From: a virus
Taxonomy: Duplodnaviria > Caudoviricetes
Virus record (IMG/VR): IMGVR_UViG_3300004805_000008
Span: 1-53,873 of that record
Reading direction: 5' to 3' (one strand)
Length of the DNA: 53,873 nucleotides
Each line of letters starts with the position of its first letter. The stretch's first letter is position 1. Below are positions 8,730 to 17,153 of this stretch, piece by piece. A program made the translations under genes and the position numbers. Under the pieces are notes generated by a model. The model was not told the origin of the DNA and did no database searches. It saw only the letters and a program-made list of their open reading frames with translations.

Positions 8730-9757
8730 GTCGATTTCAGGCTAAAAAGCGTATTAACGGTAAACTCTAGATTAGAGGAACCTAGTAATTCCTTCACCTG
8801 ATTGAATACTTCCTTTTTCGAAGGAGCCTCGTAAGTCTCCAACAGTTTTTTCAGGGTCAAGTGAACGGTAGTGCCAGTGATGTACCGGGAAGACAGTTCG
8901 ATTAACTTGTAATTTCTACGAATTAGGTCGATATTAGCCGCTATCTTCTTCTCTAACTCGGTGTTACAACGCAAAGCAAGCATTTCGGCATATGCTAAGG
9001 TGTCCGACATATACAGAGCAAGAGACTCTTCTGACTCATTCTTCAGCTGTTCATTCATTAACTTGAATAAAGTCTTATATCCCAGGCGATCAATACCGTC
9101 AATATTGTCAGAAGTATCCCCAACTAAGGCTTTATAGAAGATATACTCACTGGCAGAGATGGTTACTCCACGGGTCTTAGACAGTTCAGAGAAGAATGCA
9201 GGGAAAGTATCCTTGGTAACATCCATCTTCTTGTAAGGAATAGAGCAAATCACATTAGAATCAGTAAGAAGCTGAAGGAAATCAGAGTCATTACTGAGAA
9301 TAACTATCTTCTTGCCTAGCTTCTTCAGCTCCTCAGTGGCAATACCTATGAAATCGTCAGCTTCGATACCATACTCACTAAACACTGGGATGCGGAAGAT
9401 GTCACAAAGGCGTAACACCGAAGATTTTAACTCAGCGAATAGAGTCGTATTAGGCTCGTTGAATGCGGCCATGGCTCCAGTACTAGCCTGGAATTGTCTA
9501 TTTCCTTTATATTCTTCAAATAAGGACTTCTTTCTTAGAGATCCACCATTATCGAAGGTGACATAAAGCCTATCACACGCATATTTCTTAGCGCAGATAG
9601 TTAGTTGATGCATGAATATCTGGGCGCATGACTCAATTAGCTCTCTAGGAGTAAGTAAGTTGTTGCCCTTATTCTTGGCAAAGAGGATTCGGATAAGAAG
9701 GTTGTTACCATCTACGAGGATGATACTCTTCTCTCCAGTAAACTTAGGATTAACCAT
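8714..9757 (-). CDS. rnh: 5'-3' exonuclease / flap endonuclease (T4 RNase H-like)
   Basis: LVDGNNL, YKGNR, EADDFIG, SNDSDFLQL, KALVGDTSDNIDGI. Likely start MVNPKF at 9757 (track gives 9793). Confidence 0.92.
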   Translation of the reverse strand: MVNPKFTGEKSIILVDGNNLLIRILFAKNKGNNLLTPRELIESCAQIFMHQLTICAKKYACDRLYVTFDNGGSLRKKSLFEEYKGNRQFQASTGAMAAFNEPNTTLFAELKSSVLRLCDIFRIPVFSEYGIEADDFIGIATEELKKLGKKIVILSNDSDFLQLLTDSNVICSIPYKKMDVTKDTFPAFFSELSKTRGVTISASEYIFYKALVGDTSDNIDGIDRLGYKTLFKLMNEQLKNESEESLALYMSDTLAYAEMLALRCNTELEKKIAANIDLIRRNYKLIELSSRYITGTTVHLTLKKLLETYEAPSKKEVFNQVKELLGSSNLEFTVNTLFSLKSTYLPV

Positions 9758-10982
9758 TGAATATTCCAGCCAATAGAGTCGAAATGTACGCATCGGACTC
9801 GTTATGTATAGTGTCGGCTGTTTTCGGCAAAGGAGTACTAGAAATACTGAACTGTTTTACTGAACTTTCTGGGAGAATCGCAAAAATTGAGGTTAAATCT
9901 ACAGCCGGATAGAGTTTTAAATACTGTTTAACCTGGGTGGAGAGGGTTTTTATCTCTGCGAGGGTGGAGGTTTTGTGTGGAGACTGGGTTAAAAAGCGTG
10001 ATAAACTGAGTTCTGGCGTAGATTGAGTAAGAGTTGTGGTGATTTTACCGAGAGAAGCAACATGGATACCGAAACCAGAAGTATAGAAATGGTGTAGTTT
10101 ACCCAAAATGACCTTATCGAAGGGCAATAACTTGGGGAGTCGTGACAAGTGTAGAGTGAAGTCATTACCAGTACCGAGTAGAAAGAGGTCAGCAAACTCT
10201 GGCTTGGTCAGAAAGGCGTAACTAAGCAGTTTATGAGCCTGGGATATAAGGGATAGGCCAATCCCATTAGACCTGGAGAAGGAAGTGTTCTTATTCTTGT
10301 GCTTGGGCAGAGATAAAATGAACTTGGAGTCGAAAAAGAAAGGATCGGAAGACTGGTTGGTGAAGTTCAAGTACATTAATAATAGATATAGGTATTGCAA
10401 ATTCAGATATTTGATGTGTTGTAACCCGAGTTTATTAATTATCTTGTTAGTCATAATAAATCTGCAGAAAAAGTCTAGCCCGGTAGCATTGTTATAGAAA
10501 AGAGAACGATTATTAGAGTCTATGGCTACGAAAGAGAGTTCTGCAGAGGTATTACTCATTGCCCAAGTAGACAGGTTATTAGTTACAATGCATATGGGTT
10601 GAGTAATTGTTCCAGAAATTTTCAGAGAATACACAAAGGAGGTCAAAGTATGTTCTATTACCGACACAGTGTATGAGTTTAGTACAGAAATGACATTTGC
10701 GGCATAGGGAATTTCAGCAGATGAGACTACTGCCAGTATTCCGGTAGGGAGACAGCTTTTACTCGTAGCATTTATCCATAATGTTACATATTTCTTAATG
10801 TCTATAGGAGTTTTAGAGTACTTTTGTCTGGATTCAAGGAGCAAACAGAAGTAGTCTATGTCCAAAAGAAGTACAGGTGGTACATCCTTTACCGATTTTA
10901 AGGTTCTTTCAGATAAGTGCTTTCGTCTATTTCCCAACTTATATCGGGAAGCGAAGGAATTTCTGAAAAGTAAGGAAGACAT
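9750..10982 (-). CDS. Hypothetical protein; possible catalytically degenerate FEN/RNase H paralog
   Basis: VLLLDIDYF, ICIVTNNLSTWAM and NGIGLS mirror the FEN motifs of the neighbour but lack most acidic residues. Confidence 0.7.
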   Translation of the reverse strand: MSSLLFRNSFASRYKLGNRRKHLSERTLKSVKDVPPVLLLDIDYFCLLLESRQKYSKTPIDIKKYVTLWINATSKSCLPTGILAVVSSAEIPYAANVISVLNSYTVSVIEHTLTSFVYSLKISGTITQPICIVTNNLSTWAMSNTSAELSFVAIDSNNRSLFYNNATGLDFFCRFIMTNKIINKLGLQHIKYLNLQYLYLLLMYLNFTNQSSDPFFFDSKFILSLPKHKNKNTSFSRSNGIGLSLISQAHKLLSYAFLTKPEFADLFLLGTGNDFTLHLSRLPKLLPFDKVILGKLHHFYTSGFGIHVASLGKITTTLTQSTPELSLSRFLTQSPHKTSTLAEIKTLSTQVKQYLKLYPAVDLTSIFAILPESSVKQFSISSTPLPKTADTIHNESDAYISTLLAGIFNG

Positions 10983-11149
10983 TATGATTTGGATATTTCT
11001 GAACTGGTTTTCAGTAGTAATATTCGCCCTAAAGGGCTAAAAGAGTTAGAAAGAGTATCTATAGTTATTTAAAGAGAAGTAAAGTAATAGTATTCATTCT
11101 TTCTTCTCCTCTCTTTCTTTATATTTATTTTTCCAACCTAACAAGGTTA

Positions 11150-11176
11150 GTATCGTATGTCCTCAAAAAAACTTTA
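11150..11176 (-). promoter_or_regulatory. Putative sigma28-like promoter, leftward arm
   Basis: (C)TAAAGTTT...: TAAA-N15-TACGATAC(T). Confidence 0.65.
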
Positions 11177-11202
11177 GGGCAAAATAAAATATATTTTCGG
11201 CC

Positions 11203-11229
11203 TCATTTTTTCTGTGGCCTGTCCGATAC
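11203..11229 (+). promoter_or_regulatory. Putative sigma28-like promoter for ssb-uvsX
   Basis: TCAT-N15-TCCGATAC(T), divergent from the 11150-11176 site. Confidence 0.6.
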
Positions 11230-11243
11230 TCTTAATGTAGGAC

Positions 11244-11250
11244 GAATTAA
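11244..11250 (+). promoter_or_regulatory. Putative late promoter GAATTAA in the ssb leader
   Basis: GAATTAA-TAGT-A. Confidence 0.45.
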
Positions 11251-11317
11251 TAGTATAGCGACTCACAGAGGTCGCACTCATGGGAGGACGACTCCTCCCC
11301 TTTCATAGGAGCCAACA

Positions 11318-12169
11318 ATGGCTACGAATTTCGCACGATTCAAGGAAAAGCTTGAGGCTAGCAAGGCCAAGAAAGCAACTACTGGGACTAACTGGTTTAA
11401 GGCAGAGACAGGCAAGCGGTATCAGCTCCGTTTCCTTCCCCTTAAGAACGAAGGTCTAGAGCTTCCTCTTACAATCTATCATCATCATGCAGTAACCTTC
11501 CCTGACGGTCATTTTGAGTCCGTTGCCTGTCCTAAGAAGCAGGATCTGGGTGAGTGTCCCTTCTGTGACCTCGCTTGGAAGACTTGGCGCAACTTCTCCA
11601 AGACTGAGAATGAGGCTTACCGTGATGCTTTCAAGAAGTTAGTAGTAAAGACGCATTACCTTATGGTCGCTTATGAGGCCGATCAGGTTGATGTGAATAA
11701 TATCACCGAAGCCGACCTGAAGATTGTTCGTGCTTCGTCTAAGACCAACATGGAACTCATTGAGTCCAAGCTTGAGAAGGGCGTTGACTTCTGTGATTTT
11801 ACAGACGGTCGAATTGTTGAGTACAGCAAGAGTAAGGCTACAACCAAGGGTGGATTCGATACCATCGTTCTCGATTTTGGTGACAAGTCCGTAGCTTTTG
11901 ACGGTAAGAATGGTAAGAAGTACTTCGATGAACTTGTTGAGAAGTCTCCTGACCTAACTGCTATTGTCACTCCCATGGATTCTGAGGCTCTCAAGGCTAA
12001 GTTCTCTGAGTTCTCTTCTCAGCCTGTTGCTGGTGATGACGATGAAGATGATCGTAATCTCCTCGCTCCAAAGCCCGAGATGCGAAAGGCTCCTGTAAAG
12101 GTTGTACAGCCTGTAGTTGAAGATGACGGCGAGATTGATCTTGACGAACTTCGCTCACAGCTTGATTAG
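11318..12169 (+). CDS. gp32: Single-stranded DNA-binding protein, T4 gp32-like
   Basis: LRFLP, HHH...ACP...ECPFC Zn site, acidic tail ending DDGEIDLDELRSQLD; AGGAG RBS; adjacent to uvsX. Confidence 0.85.
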   Translation: MATNFARFKEKLEASKAKKATTGTNWFKAETGKRYQLRFLPLKNEGLELPLTIYHHHAVTFPDGHFESVACPKKQDLGECPFCDLAWKTWRNFSKTENEAYRDAFKKLVVKTHYLMVAYEADQVDVNNITEADLKIVRASSKTNMELIESKLEKGVDFCDFTDGRIVEYSKSKATTKGGFDTIVLDFGDKSVAFDGKNGKKYFDELVEKSPDLTAIVTPMDSEALKAKFSEFSSQPVAGDDDEDDRNLLAPKPEMRKAPVKVVQPVVEDDGEIDLDELRSQLD

Positions 12170-12179
12170 TATTTAGCAT

Positions 12180-12220
12180 GTGGCCTTGATATGGGATAGT
12201 GAGTCCTGTATCAAGGCCAC
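12180..12220 (+). other. 17-bp intergenic hairpin between ssb and uvsX
   Basis: GTGGCCTTGATATGGGA / TCCTGTATCAAGGCCAC, 7-nt loop, no long U tract. Confidence 0.7.
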
Positions 12221-12237
12221 GCCTTTATGGAGATGAT

Positions 12238-13398
12238 ATGGCGTATGTAAAAAAGAGTGGTAAGTTAGATAAGGATCTGCCAGCCTCCGGTGCTGGTTCT
12301 TTTGATTATTCGGACCTAGGTGAGTTCCGTACTCAGCTAAAGAAGGAGTTCGGTAATAGTGCCGCTCTTGAGGACGATGACTTTGTAACTGATTTCCTTC
12401 CTACTAAGATCGAGCCTCTAGACTACCTGTTAGGTGGTGGTATCCCTCAGGGTAAGGTTACTGAGATCGTAGGTCTTGAGGGTGTTGGTAAGTCCTCCTT
12501 TGGTATCTATATGTTGGGCCAGATTCAGAAGCAGGGTGGCTTAGGTGTCTTGATTGATACTGAAAGTGGCGCTGGTGACCGTTTTAGGTTTGAAAACTTC
12601 GGTGTTGACACTAGTAAGTGTATCGTATCGGTTGAGGATCTTGCTGAGAAGGCATTTATGCAGATAGAGCGAGTGGCTAACTACATTTCAAAGAAGAATG
12701 TAAAGGCTCCTTCTCTATTGGTACTGGATTCTATTGCTGGTCTGACTACTAGGGCCGAGCAAGAAGCTGATATGGATCAACAGCAGTTTGCAGTAACTGC
12801 TAGAATGATTAAACGTGGCTTACAGCGTACTAAGATGGTGTGCCGGGAAACTAATCTCGCCGTACTTTGTATAAACCAAGCCAGAATTAAGATGGGTGGG
12901 ATGGTAAATGCGTACACTGGGCCTGAGTATACGAGTCCTGGCGGTGATACTCTTAAGTATCTTGCAATTACTCGCCTGTTTCTTACCCGAGGCTCTATGT
13001 TGGGGGAGCCTAAGAAGCCGGAAGGTCATGTGGTTAAAGCAAAAATCATTAAATGCAAAACCGCCGCATCTCTTGGCCGTACTCTCCCCCTGCGTTTTTA
13101 TTACGACAGTCGGGGCTATGATAGCGATCTATCTACTTATGACGTACTTAACGATGCTGGCGCTTTTGGTGGTGCCAAGTCTGCTTGGAAAACTATGATC
13201 ATGCCTGACGGTACTGAAAAGAAGTGGAATAGTGCTAACTCCTTCCTAGAAGTGATGAATGGCTCACCTGAAAACCGAGCTCACTTTTCTAGTATGATGA
13301 AGAAGTGTTTCATTGAGCAGCATAACTTTGTGACTAGATCGGAAGATAATGAGGAACCTTTCCCTCAGATTAGCGAACAGCTTCCTTCTGAAGATTAA
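12238..13398 (+). CDS. uvsX: RecA/UvsX recombinase
   Basis: LDYLLGGGIPQGKVTEIVG, Walker A GLEGVGKSS, Walker B LVLDSIA, INQ, SPGG. Start MAYVKK at 12238 with GGAG RBS. Confidence 0.93.
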   Translation: MAYVKKSGKLDKDLPASGAGSFDYSDLGEFRTQLKKEFGNSAALEDDDFVTDFLPTKIEPLDYLLGGGIPQGKVTEIVGLEGVGKSSFGIYMLGQIQKQGGLGVLIDTESGAGDRFRFENFGVDTSKCIVSVEDLAEKAFMQIERVANYISKKNVKAPSLLVLDSIAGLTTRAEQEADMDQQQFAVTARMIKRGLQRTKMVCRETNLAVLCINQARIKMGGMVNAYTGPEYTSPGGDTLKYLAITRLFLTRGSMLGEPKKPEGHVVKAKIIKCKTAASLGRTLPLRFYYDSRGYDSDLSTYDVLNDAGAFGGAKSAWKTMIMPDGTEKKWNSANSFLEVMNGSPENRAHFSSMMKKCFIEQHNFVTRSEDNEEPFPQISEQLPSED

Positions 13399-13425
13399 TT
13401 ATTTTTAGTACTGCGAGTTATAATT

Positions 13426-13456
13426 AAGCCTAACTAGAAAATAGTTAGGCTTTTTT
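13426..13456 (+). terminator. Intrinsic terminator after uvsX
   Basis: AAGCCTAACTA-GAAAA-TAGTTAGGCTT then T run. Confidence 0.85.
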
Positions 13457-13458
13457 AT

Positions 13459-13485
13459 TATGTTTATTTTTATTTTAGTCGATAC
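13459..13485 (+). promoter_or_regulatory. Putative sigma28-like promoter for the late sigma gene
   Basis: TATG-N15-GTCGATAC(T), between the terminator and ATG 13518. Confidence 0.6.
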
Positions 13486-13517
13486 TACTTAAGTAACTTC
13501 ATATAAAAGAGATAAGA

Positions 13518-14471
13518 ATGGCTGAAATCACTGATGATTCGTATAGTCCTATTGAAGAAGTTTCAGTAGGAAGAGAAAAATCTGGCTACAGAGTTATTAT
13601 GTATGATAAGCTTGAAGTAGAGCGACTTGAGAGAAATACTATACGTCTAATGATTGAAGATGATGCGAAGAGTAAGAAACCAGTTCCTCATTCGGATGCC
13701 TTTCTAATCAAAGCAATGGCCTTATTTCCAGACAGTTTCTTAGAGACTGAGGTTAAAAAGCGAAGAGGAAAGAAGTCTACATCGTATTTCATAGAGGATG
13801 TAGGGAAATATCTATGGTCTAAGTGGAAAGTATCCCAGGATTCAACGGACCGTAATAACTTTGTCTCCTATTGCTACACTTTAATCGATGGTGTTATCTT
13901 CAAGTACCAGAGACACAAGCACGGATTAGCGTACGAGGAGATTTTCCAAAGTGCTATACTGAAAGTAATACATGCAATGGATAAGTTCGATCCAGACAGA
14001 GTAGTAGGTAAGGATGATAAAGGTAAGGATGTATACGCCAGAGTGTTTACCTACTTTACCATGGTACTGAGCTTCGGTATCTGTACTATTACTATGGCTC
14101 ATGGCGCTGAGAAGATTACCAATGTCTCTTATGATGCTATCGCCCGTACTATAGATTCACATACAGATGGCTTTACTGATGCTGCTGTAGTATATCAGGA
14201 CTTTTTACTCACTTTAAACTCGATTTTACATGATGACACCGAGCAGTTTGACGATATAACTGATATGGACCGACTAGTTCTAGAAAAACTAGTCTTTTTA
14301 TTAGGTAATCCTTCCTCCCATTCAGGTCTTGTTCACAACTTAGAGTACACTTTAAAGACAGAAACTGGACTTAAGCAAAAAGAAATTGCTTCGTGTTTAG
14401 TTAAGCTTCGTTCTCACTTCGGCCCGTTGCATTTTGCTACCCAAAAAGGCACTCTTTCTGAAGAAGAGTGA
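13518..14471 (+). CDS. gp55: Late-transcription sigma factor, T4 gp55-like
   Basis: KKSTSYF, YEEIFQSAILKVIHAMDKFDPDR and VFTYFT match the sigma region 2 pattern of gp55-like proteins; possible C-terminal HTH (TETGLKQKEIA). Confidence 0.78.
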   Translation: MAEITDDSYSPIEEVSVGREKSGYRVIMYDKLEVERLERNTIRLMIEDDAKSKKPVPHSDAFLIKAMALFPDSFLETEVKKRRGKKSTSYFIEDVGKYLWSKWKVSQDSTDRNNFVSYCYTLIDGVIFKYQRHKHGLAYEEIFQSAILKVIHAMDKFDPDRVVGKDDKGKDVYARVFTYFTMVLSFGICTITMAHGAEKITNVSYDAIARTIDSHTDGFTDAAVVYQDFLLTLNSILHDDTEQFDDITDMDRLVLEKLVFLLGNPSSHSGLVHNLEYTLKTETGLKQKEIASCLVKLRSHFGPLHFATQKGTLSEEE

Positions 14472-14476
14472 ATTAA
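14470..14476 (+). promoter_or_regulatory. Putative late promoter GAATTAA (P1 of the structured leader)
   Basis: GAATTAA-TATGT-A, overlapping the sigma stop codon. Confidence 0.6.
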
Positions 14477-14509
14477 TATGTACAGGTGGAGGTTGGTAAC
14501 TACATTGAG

Positions 14510-14516
14510 TAATTAA
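14510..14516 (+). promoter_or_regulatory. Putative late promoter TAATTAA (P2, inside the rod)
   Basis: TAATTAA in the weakly paired centre of the rod. Confidence 0.5.
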
Positions 14517-14579
14517 TTTATGAGTTATATCTGTAGTGATAGTAACTTATATTATTTAACCACTCTAAGTGTAGTTATC

Positions 14580-14611
14580 GAAATCCACCTATCTTAAGGT
14601 GGATTTCTTTT
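14580..14611 (+). terminator. Terminator-like hairpin occluding the terS RBS
   Basis: GAAATCCACCT-ATCTTA-AGGTGGATTTC-TTTT, immediately followed by ATG 14612. Confidence 0.7.
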
Positions 14612-15154
14612 ATGAATGATATGTTACCCGAATCAAGGAAACCAATGACTCCTCAGAAAGATTCCGGTGCCGCTAGAGTAGACAAGATCAATCGTATTGT
14701 AGATACTGAGATTTCTAAGATGTTTGATGATCTTGATATTGTCTCCTCTGACTTAGATGCTCTCATGTCTATATTAAAGGATAGAATGATTGAATCCACC
14801 GAAGCGAGTTTCCCAATTGCTCTTGCTCGCCTCGGGGAATTGCGCATGGACGCTATTAAGAAGAGAATCGATATTCTTAAGACCTTAGTAACTGATAAGG
14901 GTTCTGAACTACAGGCCAAGAAGAAGTCAAATTCGGGTGACCTGGACTCTATCCTGTCCGGAGCAGGGCTTGGTATGATGCTTGGTGCTAAACTCGGACA
15001 GTCCAACTACAGTCAGCCACCCTCTATAGTAGTAAGCACTTCAGCTTTTGATACCATTAATACCGATGACGCTGAAGTAGTTTTCGATACGGAGCAAGTA
15101 AATACCGGTAACATTCTTAAAGACAGCGACATAGATACCATCCTAGGTGAATAG
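14612..15154 (+). CDS. Probable terminase small subunit
   Basis: 180-aa helical protein coupled to terL; positional inference. Confidence 0.6.
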   Translation: MNDMLPESRKPMTPQKDSGAARVDKINRIVDTEISKMFDDLDIVSSDLDALMSILKDRMIESTEASFPIALARLGELRMDAIKKRIDILKTLVTDKGSELQAKKKSNSGDLDSILSGAGLGMMLGAKLGQSNYSQPPSIVVSTSAFDTINTDDAEVVFDTEQVNTGNILKDSDIDTILGE

Positions 15155-17121
15155 TGGCTATAAATAACACAGGTAAACAGGCTCACGCTAAGAAATATAT
15201 CTCTCAGTACGAGGATAAGACTCATCTATCTTATGAGCCAGAGCGTCTTGTATACCGATGGAGACAAGAAGGCTTCTCGCAGGAAGAGATCAAAGTAAAG
15301 CTCACTGAGTATATTAATAGTGAGAGACAGAAGTGTATCGACGATATTTCTTACTTCGCTGAGAACTACGGGCTTATTTCCGGCCCTGGCGGTTCTGGTA
15401 TTATCCCATTCAAACTTGAGACGTATCAGAAGGACCTACTTAGATCATTCGCTTCAGATAAATACATCATCTGTAACAAGGCCAGACAGTTAGGTGTGTC
15501 GACTTCACTTATGTTCTATTCGCTCTGGTTAAGTATTTTCTCTTCTGGTAAGCGTTGTCTCGTAGTTGCACACAGAAAAGAATCTGCAGAAGAGTACATT
15601 ACCAAGCTTAAAACTGCCTATGAGTTCCTTCCCGCATGGTTGAAACCTGCGTGTACCTTATATAGTAAGAGCACTATTGAGTTCGAAACCAAATCTAGCG
15701 TTAAGGCTATTACCTCCAACCCACACGCCGCCCGTTCATTCAGTGCTACCGTGTTCCTAGTTGACGAAGCCGCATTCATTCCCAAGTGTGACGAAGTAAT
15801 CAAGGGTCTATTACCAACCATCTCGGCTTCTGACGGTAAGCTGATCGCTATTTCTACTCCTAATGGTAATAGTGATCAGAACTGGTTTTATACTACCTTT
15901 ACTATGGCAAAGTCTGGAGTAAACGGTTGGAAGTGGTTTGAGCTACCCTGGACTGTATCATCTATCTTTACTAAGAATCCTAATTTTAGACAAGATCAGA
16001 TCCGCATTGATAACGGAAATGTCGATAAGTTCAAGCAGGAGTACGAGGTCTGCTTCGATATTAACCTCAATTCCTTGTTCTCCCGTGAAGCCATCAATGC
16101 CTTTGAACCCTCCTCTGAGATTCTTAACAGGGCTTTTGGAGGTGTAACTTATGACGATACTCTATTTATATGGAAGACGGTAGAGTTTGGAGAGAAATAT
16201 ATCATTGGAGTTGACTGCGCCAGTAATAAGGCTTCGGCAAAGGACTCCACGTGCTTCCAAGTTATCAATGAGAACACCGTTGAACAGCATGCGGAGTATC
16301 TTGGCAAGCTACCAACTGAAGTATTTGTAGATATTCTCATCAAGACAGCCCGCCACTATAACAATGCCCTATTAATAATTGAGTCCAACACATATTCAGA
16401 TATCGTATTCTATCTCTTAGAACAACGTGGATATACGAATATTTGGTATGACGTTAATGCCTCATCGCCCGGCTTCCAGACGAATAGACGAACCAGACCG
16501 CTCCTTATTGAGAAGCTACTCCTCTTTTTTAATAACACTATTTATATGGAGAGACTACGCTCCGCCAGGCTCAAAGTACAGATGACTAATTTCTCGGCTG
16601 GCACCTTATATGTTGATGCCTCAAGAAAGTTCGAAGCTACCCGTGGAACTAATGACGATGCTGTATTAGCTCTAGCAATGGCCCTAGTTGATCTTACGCC
16701 AAAGGAGTTTGTCCATAAGCCCTTGATGGACTTCAGTCTCATCACTGAAACTAATAGAATGGATAATCGAGGCGAGTATTCACATGATTATTTAGAATAC
16801 CACTCCTCTAGAATGGGAATTTCGATCTCCGTCTTGGCTAATCGACTAAAGATATACCATGAGATCCGTTCTGGTGTATATGACGGATCCGGGCTTGAAA
16901 CTATGGAGATAGAGCACCCAGTAGAAGCCTTTGAGCGAAACCAATCCACCAAGGATTTCATCGGTGTACCCTTAATAACTCAGTATCCACAAGAAAACTT
17001 AGACTCTATAAGTCTGCTGCCAACAAATAGACAGTTTACTTTTGACGATCTCTTTGACCCACAGTTCCAGAACATGATTCAATCTCATCGTAACTTTCTA
17101 TATGGTAATACGGATTTCTAA
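15154..17121 (+). CDS. terL: Terminase large subunit
   Basis: NKARQLGVST (Walker A), FLVDEAAFI (Walker B), ISTPNG, IIGVDCA, IIESN, NDDAVLALA. Confidence 0.96.
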   Translation: MAINNTGKQAHAKKYISQYEDKTHLSYEPERLVYRWRQEGFSQEEIKVKLTEYINSERQKCIDDISYFAENYGLISGPGGSGIIPFKLETYQKDLLRSFASDKYIICNKARQLGVSTSLMFYSLWLSIFSSGKRCLVVAHRKESAEEYITKLKTAYEFLPAWLKPACTLYSKSTIEFETKSSVKAITSNPHAARSFSATVFLVDEAAFIPKCDEVIKGLLPTISASDGKLIAISTPNGNSDQNWFYTTFTMAKSGVNGWKWFELPWTVSSIFTKNPNFRQDQIRIDNGNVDKFKQEYEVCFDINLNSLFSREAINAFEPSSEILNRAFGGVTYDDTLFIWKTVEFGEKYIIGVDCASNKASAKDSTCFQVINENTVEQHAEYLGKLPTEVFVDILIKTARHYNNALLIIESNTYSDIVFYLLEQRGYTNIWYDVNASSPGFQTNRRTRPLLIEKLLLFFNNTIYMERLRSARLKVQMTNFSAGTLYVDASRKFEATRGTNDDAVLALAMALVDLTPKEFVHKPLMDFSLITETNRMDNRGEYSHDYLEYHSSRMGISISVLANRLKIYHEIRSGVYDGSGLETMEIEHPVEAFERNQSTKDFIGVPLITQYPQENLDSISLLPTNRQFTFDDLFDPQFQNMIQSHRNFLYGNTDF

Positions 17122-17127
17122 CACGGC

Positions 17128-17134
17128 TAATTAA
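17128..17134 (+). promoter_or_regulatory. Putative late promoter TAATTAA (portal)
   Basis: TAATTAA-TTTT-AGGA. Confidence 0.7.
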
Positions 17135-17153
17135 TTTTAGGATATGACTCAGC

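Larger units (their letters stand above)
14482..14611 (+). ncRNA. Candidate structured RNA / regulatory leader (rod hairpin plus alternative terminator)
   Basis: Nested pairing 14484-90/14584-90, 14493-506/14568-81, 14507-10/14562-65, 14513-16/14556-59, 14519-28/14542-51, 14529-31/14538-40; promoter before, terminator after. Confidence 0.6.

Noticed and set aside
14520-14597. 25-codon ORF MSYICSDSNL... inside the rod RNA
   Set aside because: No RBS, and the sequence is explained by base-pairing; cannot be fully excluded as a leader peptide
12238-17121. Inteins or introns in uvsX, terL and other core genes
   Set aside because: Motif spacing is normal, no splice-junction or LAGLIDADG motifs were seen, and reading frames are uninterrupted
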